This document shows positions 42,567 through 53,204 of a stretch of 64,000 nt of DNA, piece after piece. A model generated the notes under the pieces. It saw nothing but the letters and a program-made list of their open reading frames with translations, searched no databases and had not been told where the DNA came from. The stretch is from Cellvibrionales bacterium UBA4451. Lineage in GTDB: Bacteria > Pseudomonadota > Gammaproteobacteria > Pseudomonadales > Porticoccaceae. Where the stretch lies: NCBI GenBank assembly GCA_002390285.1, contig DGPB01000009.1, forward strand, positions 89,454-153,453. The letters are read 5' to 3'. A program made the translations under genes and the position numbers. Within the stretch, counting starts at the first letter, position 1. Each line of letters begins with the position of its first letter.

Positions 42567-44858
42567 TTAAGTAATATTTACAACCACATTTCCATCTGCA
42601 AGTACTGTTGCTAGAACAAAATCACCGTTACCGGTATCTACGAAGTCATATTGGTCCGTTGAACCAACTTTCTGCCACACTGTATCAGCATAAGCATCGC
42701 CATCAACAAGGTTCACCACATCATCAGCATCATCACCAATAATATTAATCTCAATGTCCCCACCAGTACCCAGATCAATTACATCCTGAGCAGAAAGGAA
42801 GATTGTATTATCTTCACCAGTCCCCTTTCCTGAGATATCAATGGTATCTACGTAACCAAATAAATCCTGCCCACCATTGATCGACAGTTCAGAGAAATCT
42901 AACGTAAAGTCATCAGTACTAGATGCAGTATCAAGTGTCAGTATTCCACCAAGAACTTCAAAACCAATGGGCTCGCTAACAGTAAAGTCGGTAGCGTCAC
43001 TACCAAAATCAGGACCGATAACCACGTTGAAAATATAGCCATCAGGGTTTGTGTTACCACGAGTATCCCCTGTTTCTAACTTTGCATTACCTTCGTAAAT
43101 TAAAAGTTCGTTCGCATTGGAATCAGTAATGGACAAATCCGTTAAAATAACGGGATCACCAGTAACATGCTCAATGGTGACGGTGTAATTTCCTGGTTTA
43201 AAGAACACATCATCATCAAACTTTAATCTACTACCTTCCTGGCCTTGCACTTCAGTAGGATCTACCACACCCGTTGAATTAGAACCTTCGTTAGAAGCGA
43301 CCGTGATACGAACTTCTTGTATACCGACATTAGTATTTGTAATCATTGCAGAACTGGCCGGAATGCCGCTGACAACAGTTGATGCGCCGTCAGTGATGTC
43401 AAGAGCTTCGTAGGTTCCACCGGTAGCAGAGAGAATAGTAACGTCATAACTGACATCAGCTTCACCTGGAGCCGCAACCTCTAATGTGCCCTCAAATTCA
43501 CCGGGGTTAATCGTGATGTTACCCAACGTGACGTTATTTTCATCCTGAATAGTAATAACCAATGGCGTAGACACCGGTGTATTGACGACGGTTGCCGTGT
43601 AGGTAATTAAACCACCTACATCTACAGATGCTGTTGCTGTTAATGTCACGGTAGAAGCATCATTGTCATCAACAATGGTCGCATCCGCGGTGGATGTATG
43701 GGTCAGATCTTCGTAGTTACCACCACTCCAGGTGAGTACATCGGCCGTGGTTTCATCTGGACCTTGGTCGTACCGGTCATCAGCACGGTTCGGTACCGCC
43801 ACATCGGTATAGCCCGGTCCAGCGGCAGTGATAATGACGTTACCCAGATCGGTCGTTGTCAGTGTTAGATCAGTCTCGGGCGGATTGTCCACGCTGTAGC
43901 GGAAGAACGCGGTGGTACCTTCCACGATAGTGCTCGGGTCAGCAATCACGTCACCAGCTGCATCTACTACGGTAATGGTCACAACAGAGGCATCAATGGT
44001 GTCGACAATCGTTACACTTGTGGTGTCAGAAATATTCAAGGTGTCATAGCCACCACCAGAAGAACTCTGGATACCTACATTAAATGTTTCACCATCTTTG
44101 TAGACATCATCACCTTGTGCAGGTTGTGGTGAGGAGGTACCGCTATTTTGGCCTTCCAGAATAGTAATTTGAACACCGTTAGTCAGGGTAAGGATTAAAT
44201 CACTTCCCACAGGGGCCTCATCTACCTGAACGGTATAAACGATTTCTTCATTCTCAGGGATTGCATCTGCATTTACAGTAACGAGACCTGAGGCTCCAAG
44301 GTCAACCCTACGCGAAACTTCCTGATTTACATCAGTATCTGCCGTAGGGTCGAGCAAGGGTGGCGGTATGTAGTCAGGATCAATACCCGCAGTAGGCGTT
44401 ACTTCCGATCCAATTAACGAAAATAATAATCCACCGCCAAGTTCACCACCACCAGCACCACTTTCACCCGCTGCAGTAGCTTCTTGATCTTCAGAAATAT
44501 CTTCACCCGCACTCAGGGCTGCCAATAGATCCTGAAATTCAGGGTTTTCTGTCTCGTCAAAGCCTTCTAGCAACGTCAGTTGGTCAAAATTCCCCTGGCT
44601 AAGCTGAAAGGCTTCACCACTAGATAACTGGCGAACAGAGCCGTCAGCAAATGCTAGCGCAATACTAGAGCCGTCGGTTACTTGAAGAATATCTCCCTCA
44701 AAAATAGGGTCGCCAGGATTAAGTTCACGAATGGAGCCATCGGCAGAAATGACGACAACTGTCGCACCTTCGGTCGATCGTACAAAGCCTATGGCCTTGG
44801 CACCATCAGTTAACTCAACAGCATTTTCATCTTTCACCTTGACGTCCATTTGTACCAC
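42567..44858 (-). CDS. Retention-module-containing T1SS adhesin (short LapA-like)
   Basis: N-terminal retention module ('IRELNPGDPIFEGD', 'LLAALSAGED...EATAAG'), about three acidic Ig-like repeats, acidic C-terminal secretion region; start may be ATG 44849. Confidence 0.88.
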   Translation of the reverse strand: MVQMDVKVKDENAVELTDGAKAIGFVRSTEGATVVVISADGSIRELNPGDPIFEGDILQVTDGSSIALAFADGSVRQLSSGEAFQLSQGNFDQLTLLEGFDETENPEFQDLLAALSAGEDISEDQEATAAGESGAGGGELGGGLLFSLIGSEVTPTAGIDPDYIPPPLLDPTADTDVNQEVSRRVDLGASGLVTVNADAIPENEEIVYTVQVDEAPVGSDLILTLTNGVQITILEGQNSGTSSPQPAQGDDVYKDGETFNVGIQSSSGGGYDTLNISDTTSVTIVDTIDASVVTITVVDAAGDVIADPSTIVEGTTAFFRYSVDNPPETDLTLTTTDLGNVIITAAGPGYTDVAVPNRADDRYDQGPDETTADVLTWSGGNYEDLTHTSTADATIVDDNDASTVTLTATASVDVGGLITYTATVVNTPVSTPLVITIQDENNVTLGNITINPGEFEGTLEVAAPGEADVSYDVTILSATGGTYEALDITDGASTVVSGIPASSAMITNTNVGIQEVRITVASNEGSNSTGVVDPTEVQGQEGSRLKFDDDVFFKPGNYTVTIEHVTGDPVILTDLSITDSNANELLIYEGNAKLETGDTRGNTNPDGYIFNVVIGPDFGSDATDFTVSEPIGFEVLGGILTLDTASSTDDFTLDFSELSINGGQDLFGYVDTIDISGKGTGEDNTIFLSAQDVIDLGTGGDIEINIIGDDADDVVNLVDGDAYADTVWQKVGSTDQYDFVDTGNGDFVLATVLADGNVVVNIT

Positions 44859-45040
44859 CCTATGAGGTTCGTTTTGTTCGTATAACGGCCTTATTTTCAG
44901 TATACAAAAGCTTTTTATGGGCTATCTCAACTGAAAACAGTATTTGTAATGTGTTTTATATCACAATAATAAAAGAACTAGCTTGCCGTTTAGGGGCTAC
45001 TAATTACCGTTCAGGCTTTTTTTACGCATCATGGCCGCTT

Positions 45041-46348
45041 TTAGAGTTCAACACCTACCGTAAAGAGCAGTTCGCCCATTGCATGGAACAAACGGTACTC
45101 GTTAAGTAACGTGTCATGGTTGGCTCTTACAAGAGACTCTCTTGCGGCAATCATTTCATTTTCGGTGTTAAGAAGATCTAGCAACGTTCTTCGGCCAAGA
45201 TCAAACTGCTGCACGTAAGCATCTCGTGTTAACTCAGCATCTCTTGCGTAATCCTCAAGTGCCGGCAGTTGATCGCGAATTGCCTCGTAGGCAACCCAAG
45301 ACAGGCGTGTTTCTTGTTCAACCTGACGATGCGTGTTATTACGAATTTCTTTAGATTTTTCTAGCAAGTGGGCGAACTGTTGCGTGCGCGCTTCATCAGA
45401 GCGGCCGCGGAACAGATTGTAGCGCATGCGCAGCATAACCTTAAGATCATCTACCTGCCCTTCAACACCATCGATATTGTCATTGAGGTCACGTTCAACT
45501 TCAAAATGAAAGTGTGGATAGAAGGCACTTTTAGTTTGCTCATAACGGTAGTTCACAGCATCTATATCAGCACCTGATGATTTCAGCAGAGGATGGCTTT
45601 CTACCGCTTTTGCTACCGCATCATCAACTGAAGCTGGCAAATATTTTCGGTAAGACCCAGGGTTAACCAACTCGCCTTGCGCAGGAAAACGGCCAACGAC
45701 ACGCTGGAAGTTTGTTTTAGCATCAATCACATTTGCATTCTGGTTAATTGCATTGGTTTTAGCTAAAGCATAACGGCTAGAAATCTGGTCCAGATCGGCA
45801 CGGCTACCTACACCTGAATCAAAACGTTTTTTCATTTTTTCATAGATATCTTTGTGCGTTGCCAGGGTTTGATTCGTTAGTACATGAATATCTTCCTGTT
45901 TCATCACATCAAAGTAGCTTCGCGCTACTTTCAGAGCAACGTCCTCTCCCACGGATGAGGCCCGAAAAGTGGAACTTTCAAGCCGTGATTGCTGGTTTCT
46001 GTACTCATTCGTAGTACTGAACCCATCAAACACGAGCTGGCGAAGGTTTATCTGAGCCTCACTGCGATCCAGTTCGTTACGCTCCCCATTTACTTTTTGT
46101 TCCGACGTAGGGTCGCGCTCCTGAAAACCAAAACCGGCTAACAAATCGACCGTAGGGTAGTAAGCACCCAATGCTTCACGAACTTGGCGTTCACGTGCAT
46201 CCATCTCCCGCAACTCGGTAAGAACTTCTGGGTTTGATTGAATCGTTTGGGCAATAGCGTCTCGCAAATCGAGAGTTTCGGCCTGAAGCTGAAATGAAAT
46301 TCCTGCAATACTAGCCAGCGCCGTGATTAATAAGTTACGTTGCAACAC
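45041..46348 (-). CDS. TolC-family outer membrane protein of T1SS (LapE-like)
   Basis: Signal peptide, 'YYPTVDL', 'QLVFDGF', 'QQFDLGRRTLLDLLNTENE'. Confidence 0.92.
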   Translation of the reverse strand: MLQRNLLITALASIAGISFQLQAETLDLRDAIAQTIQSNPEVLTELREMDARERQVREALGAYYPTVDLLAGFGFQERDPTSEQKVNGERNELDRSEAQINLRQLVFDGFSTTNEYRNQQSRLESSTFRASSVGEDVALKVARSYFDVMKQEDIHVLTNQTLATHKDIYEKMKKRFDSGVGSRADLDQISSRYALAKTNAINQNANVIDAKTNFQRVVGRFPAQGELVNPGSYRKYLPASVDDAVAKAVESHPLLKSSGADIDAVNYRYEQTKSAFYPHFHFEVERDLNDNIDGVEGQVDDLKVMLRMRYNLFRGRSDEARTQQFAHLLEKSKEIRNNTHRQVEQETRLSWVAYEAIRDQLPALEDYARDAELTRDAYVQQFDLGRRTLLDLLNTENEMIAARESLVRANHDTLLNEYRLFHAMGELLFTVGVEL

Positions 46349-46596
46349 AATTACTCTCCCTTTTATTACACATCAATTTGTAAATTCTATACACCACAGT
46401 AGTAAAAAATCTTAATAAAGTATGCATCAAAGACTTTAAATTTATAGGCTCTCATAAATCATAATCCTTAGTCCCACAAAAGAATCTAAGCACTCTATGG
46501 AAAAGGCTAGTGTTGAGACGCTATTAATTACAAGTTAGCTCGACTTCTCAAAGAGATTATAACGTGCTCACTATGACAGGGTAAATACAGTACTAA

Positions 46597-47961
46597 TCAA
46601 CGCTCTCGGAAGGCCAACTCTTTGGTTTTAAGAATAGGTTTGAGTATGTAATCAAGTATTGTCTTCTGCCCTGTTAATATATCCACTTGAACAATCATAC
46701 CCGGAATAATGGGTAATGGCTCGTCTTCTCGACCAAGGTGGTTATCTTCTGTTTTGAGTCTGACCTGATAATAGCTAACGCCTTCTTCATCGACGATGGT
46801 ATCAGGGCTAATATGGGTCACTTTGGCCGACAAGCTCCCATGTATTGAGAAATCATAAGCGGTGAATTTTACGGTGGCATGCTGTTCAGGGTGAATAAAG
46901 GCAATATCAGCCGGTCGCACACGAGCATCTACCAACAAGGAATCGTCGAATGGCACAATTTCCACTAAGTCCATACCCGGCTGAATAATACCGCCGATGG
47001 TATTCACTTTGAGTTGCTTCACGGTCCCCTTCATCGGTGAGCGAACAATGGTTCGGTCTACTCTATCCTCCAATGCCTCATTACTTTGAAGAATACGCCC
47101 TAATTCAGACATAATTTCATTCAATTCTCCCCTCGACTCACTGGCAAAGCTCTGGGTGTGAGTTTCTACATTTTTTATCACTTCTTTATATGCCGACTCA
47201 AGTTGAGGGATGGCCAGTTTCGCTTGACCCAGCTCTCCTTTTAAATCATTTAGCTGTCGTTCTAACCTAAGCAACTCAACATGTGACACAGCCCCTTCTG
47301 CAACAAGAGGTCGCGTGATATTCAGTTCCCTTTTTAGCAGGTCATAACTATCAGAAAGACTCTGCTTATTAACCTTAACCGAAGATAACTCTTGATATTT
47401 TTGAGATGCTTTCTGATTTAATATTTCTAACTCGGAGAGATGCTCTTCTTTGCGTGACGCATATAAAGCCCTCTCACTAAGAACCAACGAGTGGTTTCTC
47501 ACGCCATTAAGCTTGGACAACTCTATATCAAAGTCACTACTGTTGGCCTCTGCACGCAGTCTCGCCGCTTTAACAATGAGTTGCTCAGCCTGAAGAGACC
47601 GCTCTCTATAGGTAGAGGCAAATATGGTATCGTCAATTTGTAGTAGTGGTTGCCCGCGGTCAACAATATCTCCGACTGACACCATCAGCTCTGCCAGTAT
47701 TCCGCCTTCGAGATTTTGAACCACTTGTAAATTGCTAGACGGTACAATTTTTCCCTCTCCTCGAGTAAATTCATCCACTACAGCAAGACTGGCCCATGTC
47801 ATCATAACCACTATAAAGGCCACAATGACCCACAGCAGTGATTGAGCTATCAAAGGTGATTGCTTTAATACCGCCTCGGAGGAATAAGACATGTACTTCA
47901 GATCGGTAGAAGGAGTCTCATTAAAATGCTTACGCACTTTGTCCAACTGTTTATCCAGCAT
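46597..47961 (-). CDS. HlyD-family T1SS membrane fusion protein (LapC-like)
   Basis: VVQNLEGGIL, VRSPMKGTVK, PIIPGM, TILDYILKP. Confidence 0.93.
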   Translation of the reverse strand: MLDKQLDKVRKHFNETPSTDLKYMSYSSEAVLKQSPLIAQSLLWVIVAFIVVMMTWASLAVVDEFTRGEGKIVPSSNLQVVQNLEGGILAELMVSVGDIVDRGQPLLQIDDTIFASTYRERSLQAEQLIVKAARLRAEANSSDFDIELSKLNGVRNHSLVLSERALYASRKEEHLSELEILNQKASQKYQELSSVKVNKQSLSDSYDLLKRELNITRPLVAEGAVSHVELLRLERQLNDLKGELGQAKLAIPQLESAYKEVIKNVETHTQSFASESRGELNEIMSELGRILQSNEALEDRVDRTIVRSPMKGTVKQLKVNTIGGIIQPGMDLVEIVPFDDSLLVDARVRPADIAFIHPEQHATVKFTAYDFSIHGSLSAKVTHISPDTIVDEEGVSYYQVRLKTEDNHLGREDEPLPIIPGMIVQVDILTGQKTILDYILKPILKTKELAFRER

Positions 47962-50123
47962 TAGGATCTACCCCTCACGGTGCCAGTCTTCAAAGCTTCC
48001 AATACCTCTGCTTTAGGCCCATCAGCGACAATTGTCCCTTTATCCATCACAATTAGCCGATCAACTAAATCCAGCATGTTCATCTTATGAGTGATCAATA
48101 ATAGAGTGCAGTCAGTAAATTCAGTCCTGATTTGTTGACGCATTCTTTCTTCTGTACCCTGATCCATTGCGGCAGTCGGCTCATCCATTAACAATACCCG
48201 AGGGCTTCTGAGGAAAACACGAGATAATGAAATTGCACTACGCTGCCCACCCGATAAAGTCTCACCCCGTTCACCTACAGGCATTTCAAAACCAAGTGGA
48301 TGGCTATTCACTAACTCAAGGATTCCTGCCTTTGTTGCTGCCGCAACTACCTCTTCATCGGAAACTGCATTGAGACCAAAGGTAATATTTTCGCGCACCG
48401 TGCCATAAAATAATTTTGCATCCTGGGCTACATACCCCAGGTTTTTGCGGAGGTCGGCAGGATCTAACTGCTGGGCATCAAAACCATCAAGTAAAACTGA
48501 ACCACTTGACGGATCGTAAAGACGGATTAACATTTTGGCCAAGGTTGATTTTCCCGAACCTATTCGACCAATGATACCGACCTTTTCACCAGGATTGATG
48601 GTTGTATTGATATTATCCAGTGCTGGCATAGGTTGTTCAGGGTAGCTAAAGCACACCTGTTTAAGTTGGATTTTCCCCTCATATACCGGGCGATGTAGGT
48701 ATCGCTTTTCTGGGTCTCGCTCGACAGGAAGTTCCATCACTTCGTTTAGGGATTTCAGTGTGGCTTCAGCATGGTCATAACTGACGAGTAGACTGGCCAC
48801 CTGGCTCATTGGCGCTAATGCTCGACCGTTGAGTATGACGCAGGCAATAAGACCACCTAATGTCAGGCTCTGATCAGAAATTAGGTATACGCCCGTTACA
48901 ACAATGGCCACCATGGCGATTTGCTGAAGAAACTGCACTGTCTGCAGCGCGCCATTAGAGGTAATCCGGGACTGTAGACTCCACTGTGAGACGTAGCCAA
49001 CTGATTGCTCCCAGGCTCTTTGTACTTGACTTTCAGCGCCCATCGTTTTAATGGTTTCAATACCAACCAAACTTTCAATCAAGGTGGCATTTTTTTTGGC
49101 ACTGCCACGCATCACATTTTCAATCGTTGGTCGAAGCTTTTGCTGTGCTCTAAAAGCGATATAGAGTCCCAAAGGAAAAATAACAATTGGCACCACTACG
49201 AGCCAACTTCCAAGGTAAAAGATAAACACTAAAAATAGGACGACGAAAGGCAGGTCAATTAATGTGAGCATCGTGGACGAAGTGACGAAATTTCGAAGCA
49301 TATCGAAATCATGGAGTCGTGAAGCAAACGCACCTGTGGAGTTTGGTCGGGCCACCATTTTTAGGTTCAGAACTTTCTCAAACAACTGGGCTGATAACAC
49401 AACATCCGTTCGTTTAGCTGCAAGCTCTACCAGATAAGCTCGTAATAATTTCAGTGCCAAATCGAATAAATAAACAATGACCACACCAATGGCTAGGGCC
49501 CAAAGTGTCTCAATGGCATTATTGGGCACTACTCTGTCGTACACATTCATGACAAACAAGGGTTGCGCCAAAACAAACAAATTAATCAGGAAAGAAGCGA
49601 TCAACACATCGCGATAAATTTTCCATGAGCTCTTCAATACACCCCAGAACCAATGGTCATGACCATTGTGATATATCTTTGGTGTGCGTGAATCAAACTG
49701 CTGCATTGGCCTCATATAAAAAACATGGCCACTGTAAATTTCTAGCAATTGTTGATAGTCAACTTGCACCGGCTGGTGTGTTTCAGGGTCAATGAGTACA
49801 GCAAGCCCTAGGTCAGTATGGATGTCTGACAGCACCACCCCCTCACCATTTTTAAGTATGAGAAGAACCGGCAATACTTCCGAAGGAATTTTATCGAGAT
49901 CCCTGGAAAGTAAAATGGATGCAAGGCCCGCTCTGTTTGCGGCACGATTAAACAAAGAGGGGGTTAGCTTTCCATCCTCTAGTGGAAGGCCAGAGGAAAT
50001 GGATGCTATTGAGGTAGGCCTCCCTTCCAGGCTAGCCGCCAGCAATAGACACTCCATCAATCCATGGGATGCAATCGAACTGACGCCCCCCTGAGCTTCG
50101 ACTTCTTTTTCAGGCTTATTCAT
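47961..50123 (-). CDS. T1SS permease/ATPase (LapB-like)
   Basis: C39-like N-terminus, HWFW, YDRVVPN, GRIGSGKST Walker A, LSGGQ, DEPT. Confidence 0.95.
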   Translation of the reverse strand: MNKPEKEVEAQGGVSSIASHGLMECLLLAASLEGRPTSIASISSGLPLEDGKLTPSLFNRAANRAGLASILLSRDLDKIPSEVLPVLLILKNGEGVVLSDIHTDLGLAVLIDPETHQPVQVDYQQLLEIYSGHVFYMRPMQQFDSRTPKIYHNGHDHWFWGVLKSSWKIYRDVLIASFLINLFVLAQPLFVMNVYDRVVPNNAIETLWALAIGVVIVYLFDLALKLLRAYLVELAAKRTDVVLSAQLFEKVLNLKMVARPNSTGAFASRLHDFDMLRNFVTSSTMLTLIDLPFVVLFLVFIFYLGSWLVVVPIVIFPLGLYIAFRAQQKLRPTIENVMRGSAKKNATLIESLVGIETIKTMGAESQVQRAWEQSVGYVSQWSLQSRITSNGALQTVQFLQQIAMVAIVVTGVYLISDQSLTLGGLIACVILNGRALAPMSQVASLLVSYDHAEATLKSLNEVMELPVERDPEKRYLHRPVYEGKIQLKQVCFSYPEQPMPALDNINTTINPGEKVGIIGRIGSGKSTLAKMLIRLYDPSSGSVLLDGFDAQQLDPADLRKNLGYVAQDAKLFYGTVRENITFGLNAVSDEEVVAAATKAGILELVNSHPLGFEMPVGERGETLSGGQRSAISLSRVFLRSPRVLLMDEPTAAMDQGTEERMRQQIRTEFTDCTLLLITHKMNMLDLVDRLIVMDKGTIVADGPKAEVLEALKTGTVRGRS

Positions 50124-50260
50124 GGATGCTTCTTAATTAAAATTATTGTGACGTCCAATTCTTCATGCTAACACGCCAACTTTACTTCCCCAATGCAGTA
50201 ATTTTATATAATTTACCGATATAATGACGCGATTTACGGACAAGCAACCCTGTACTCAAT

Positions 50261-51271
50261 ATGGCCACAAATAGCGGTTCAATTAGCTTCCCAACACCGA
50301 GTCCTATCGATCGTCGCTTTTCGGTTGCACCAATGATGGATTATACCGATCGTTTTTGTCGGTATTTTCATCGTTTATTGAGCAAGGACACATTGCTGTA
50401 CACCGAGATGGTTACTACTGGCGCATTGATACACGGTGATCGCCATCGACACCTTCACTATCACGAGACTGAACACCCTATTGCGCTTCAACTTGGCGGC
50501 AGCGACCCTGAAGAACTTGCCATAAGCGCACGCCTTGCCAGCGATTATAATTATGACGAAATAAACTTAAATTGCGGCTGCCCAAGTGACCGGGTCCAAT
50601 CTGGTAAATTTGGCGCAATTTTGATGAAGCATCCCCAGCTTGTAGCAGATTGTTTTTTAGCCATGCAAGACGCTACTAATATCCCTATCACCATCAAACA
50701 TCGAATCGGTATAGACGAACAAGATAGCTACCAATTTCTTTGTGATTTCACCGGCACCCTGGCCGCTGCCGGGTGTAAAACCTTTGTCGTACACGCTCGT
50801 AAAGCCTGGCTGAAGGGTTTGAGTCCTAAGCAAAATCGTGAAGTGCCACCACTCGACTACGATCGAATTTACCAACTCAAGCGGGATTTTCCTCAACTGG
50901 AAATTATTATTAACGGCGGGATTAAAACCATTGACGAAGCTATAGGACACTTGAATTACGTCGACGGGGTGATGATGGGTAGAGAGGCGTACCACAACCC
51001 TTACCTGCTGGCTGAAGCAGATTTAAAGCTATACCATAGCAGTGAGCCAGCGCCCTGCCGAACAACCGTACTGGAACAGTATTCTGAATTCATCGCCAGC
51101 GAACTAGCCAATGGGGTCAAATTAAGCCATATGACCCGCCATATTCTGGGCCTATATCAAGGCCTTCCCGGCGCACGAAAATTTCGTCGCCATATTAGTG
51201 AGAACGCCCACCTTCCAGATGCAGGTACCGAAGTTCTCTATCAGGCACTCAGTCAAATGTCTGCCGCGTAA
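50261..51271 (+). CDS. dusA: tRNA dihydrouridine synthase A
   Basis: [30 protein letters not shown]. Confidence 0.95.
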   Translation: MATNSGSISFPTPSPIDRRFSVAPMMDYTDRFCRYFHRLLSKDTLLYTEMVTTGALIHGDRHRHLHYHETEHPIALQLGGSDPEELAISARLASDYNYDEINLNCGCPSDRVQSGKFGAILMKHPQLVADCFLAMQDATNIPITIKHRIGIDEQDSYQFLCDFTGTLAAAGCKTFVVHARKAWLKGLSPKQNREVPPLDYDRIYQLKRDFPQLEIIINGGIKTIDEAIGHLNYVDGVMMGREAYHNPYLLAEADLKLYHSSEPAPCRTTVLEQYSEFIASELANGVKLSHMTRHILGLYQGLPGARKFRRHISENAHLPDAGTEVLYQALSQMSAA

Positions 51272-51275
51272 AAAG

Positions 51276-52244
51276 ATGCCACTAATGATGAAGCCAAGCA
51301 AATTAGATCAACTCAGAGAAATGACCGTTGTCGTTGCCGATACAGGAGACATAGAGGCCATCCGTCAGTATCAGCCAATTGATGCGACAACCAACCCATC
51401 ACTGTTACTCAAGGCCGCCCAACTTCCCCAGTACGAACCTTTACTGCATGCAAGTATTGCGTCGGCAAAGAAGACGTCTAGTGCCAATCAACTTTCCGAT
51501 AGTATGGATGAACTGGCCGTCAGAATTGGTCGCGAAATCTTAACCGTTGTTCCAGGGAGAGTATCTACCGAAATAGATGCTCGCCTTTCTTTCGACACAA
51601 TAGCAACAGTGGAGCGAGGAAAACGTCTTGTTGAGCGCTACCAAGAAGCCGGCGTGGATACTGATCGAATATTGCTAAAAATTGCCTCTACCTGGGAAGG
51701 TATACGTGCTGCAGAACTACTGGAGAAACAGGGAATACAGTGTAATCTCACCTTGTTATTTGGCTTCGAACAAGCCGCTGCTGCTGCCGATGCAGGCGCA
51801 TTTTTAATATCGCCCTTCGTCGGTAGAATTCTTGACTGGCATAAAGCGAATGGCGGTCAACCCGACTACTTACCCCATGAAGACCCAGGTGTTGTTTCGG
51901 TAAAAACTATTTATAACTTCTATCGGCAGAACAATTACAACACCATCGTGATGGGAGCTAGCTTTCGTAATACAGGTGAAATTGAAGCCCTCGCGGGTTG
52001 TGACAGGCTCACCATCAGCCCCCAGCTTTTAGAAGAACTCAACAATGACTATAGCGAGCTTCCTCGTAGTTTGGACCCCGGTGACACGGGCGACAGCATC
52101 TTGTTCAACACCATGAATGAATCCCCTTTCCGCTATCAAATGAATTCAAATTCAATGGCCACTGAAAAACTGGCTGAAGGCATACGTAATTTTGTGGCAG
52201 ATCAGATTAAGCTTGAAAATATGCTGCAGGAGCTGGCTAATTGA
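51276..52244 (+). CDS. tal: Transaldolase
   Basis: [31 protein letters not shown]; start reassigned downstream of the dusA stop. Confidence 0.96.
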   Translation: MPLMMKPSKLDQLREMTVVVADTGDIEAIRQYQPIDATTNPSLLLKAAQLPQYEPLLHASIASAKKTSSANQLSDSMDELAVRIGREILTVVPGRVSTEIDARLSFDTIATVERGKRLVERYQEAGVDTDRILLKIASTWEGIRAAELLEKQGIQCNLTLLFGFEQAAAAADAGAFLISPFVGRILDWHKANGGQPDYLPHEDPGVVSVKTIYNFYRQNNYNTIVMGASFRNTGEIEALAGCDRLTISPQLLEELNNDYSELPRSLDPGDTGDSILFNTMNESPFRYQMNSNSMATEKLAEGIRNFVADQIKLENMLQELAN

Positions 52245-52705
52245 TTGACAGTATCAGACAGTTTTTTACTGCAGAAATCACAAATCCAGATGGCGACAAA
52301 GAACACCAGTTGCAATTAGCTGCCGCCTCTCTAATGGTTGAAATAATGGTGATTGACCGCCAGCTTAAAACGAATGAGCGGGACGCTATACGAGAATTGC
52401 TAAAACAACAATTTGGATTAAGCGAAAAACAAATCGAGTATTTGATAAAACTTGCTCAGCAAGAGGTTGCTGAAGCGACTTCCCTGTTTCAATTTACTCG
52501 GCTAATCAATGATCACTTTGATGCAGAAAGAAAGTTTGGTCTCGTTGAAAATCTATGGCAAATAGCCTACGCCGATGACCACCTGGATAAACATGAAGAG
52601 GCTATGATTCGACGAATTGCTGAGCTGCTTTATGTTTCTCACTCTGACTTTATTCAGGCCAAACATCGAGCCAACAAACACAACGGTCTAAATCATCAGA
52701 GCTAA
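52241..52705 (+). CDS. TerB-family protein
   Basis: '[10 protein letters not shown]', '[26 protein letters not shown]'. Confidence 0.8.
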   Translation: MIDSIRQFFTAEITNPDGDKEHQLQLAAASLMVEIMVIDRQLKTNERDAIRELLKQQFGLSEKQIEYLIKLAQQEVAEATSLFQFTRLINDHFDAERKFGLVENLWQIAYADDHLDKHEEAMIRRIAELLYVSHSDFIQAKHRANKHNGLNHQS

Positions 52706-52718
52706 CCACTAAAGTAGG

Positions 52719-53204
52719 TTACTCGCCCTGCTCCAATGTGTGAATTAAATCGACAAACTCCTGTTTGTTTTTTTCATTCAACTGTGACAACAGTCTATGA
52801 GCTTCAAGTACTCTCTCCCCTGCTTCGCGCTCATCAATAGACGTTGTTGGTAGCTCTTCAAAGTTTTCAATGGTTTCAAGCGAGTCTTGGACGATATCAA
52901 AAACATCATCTAACCCCATAATGTCCAGCGTGTGATAAAGGCTCTCGTCCGGACAAAATACCGTTGGCTTGATGTTAAAGCTGCCGTTGCAGTGGATTGC
53001 CAGTTTGGCAAGCAAACCTAGTGTGGTGCTATCGACGCCATCGGTATCGAGCATATCCACCACCACCTCAGAAACATTGCCACCTTTAAAGATGGTTTCT
53101 ATATAGTTATTCAGTGTGGTACATAGAGTAACTCGCACGTCACCCACCAACTTGATAACATAAGTGCCATCATGCTGGGATACCAGAATCTTCCCGGCCT
53201 CCAC
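52719..53204 (-). CDS. STAS-domain anti-sigma factor antagonist (RssC-like)
   Basis: 'KLVGDVR', 'DSTTLGLLAK', 'VLEAHRLL'. Confidence 0.85.
   Translation of the reverse strand: MEAGKILVSQHDGTYVIKLVGDVRVTLCTTLNNYIETIFKGGNVSEVVVDMLDTDGVDSTTLGLLAKLAIHCNGSFNIKPTVFCPDESLYHTLDIMGLDDVFDIVQDSLETIENFEELPTTSIDEREAGERVLEAHRLLSQLNEKNKQEFVDLIHTLEQGE

Noticed and set aside
51198-51275. N-terminal extension of tal overlapping dusA
   Set aside because: Homology starts near KLDQLR; downstream ATGs are available.
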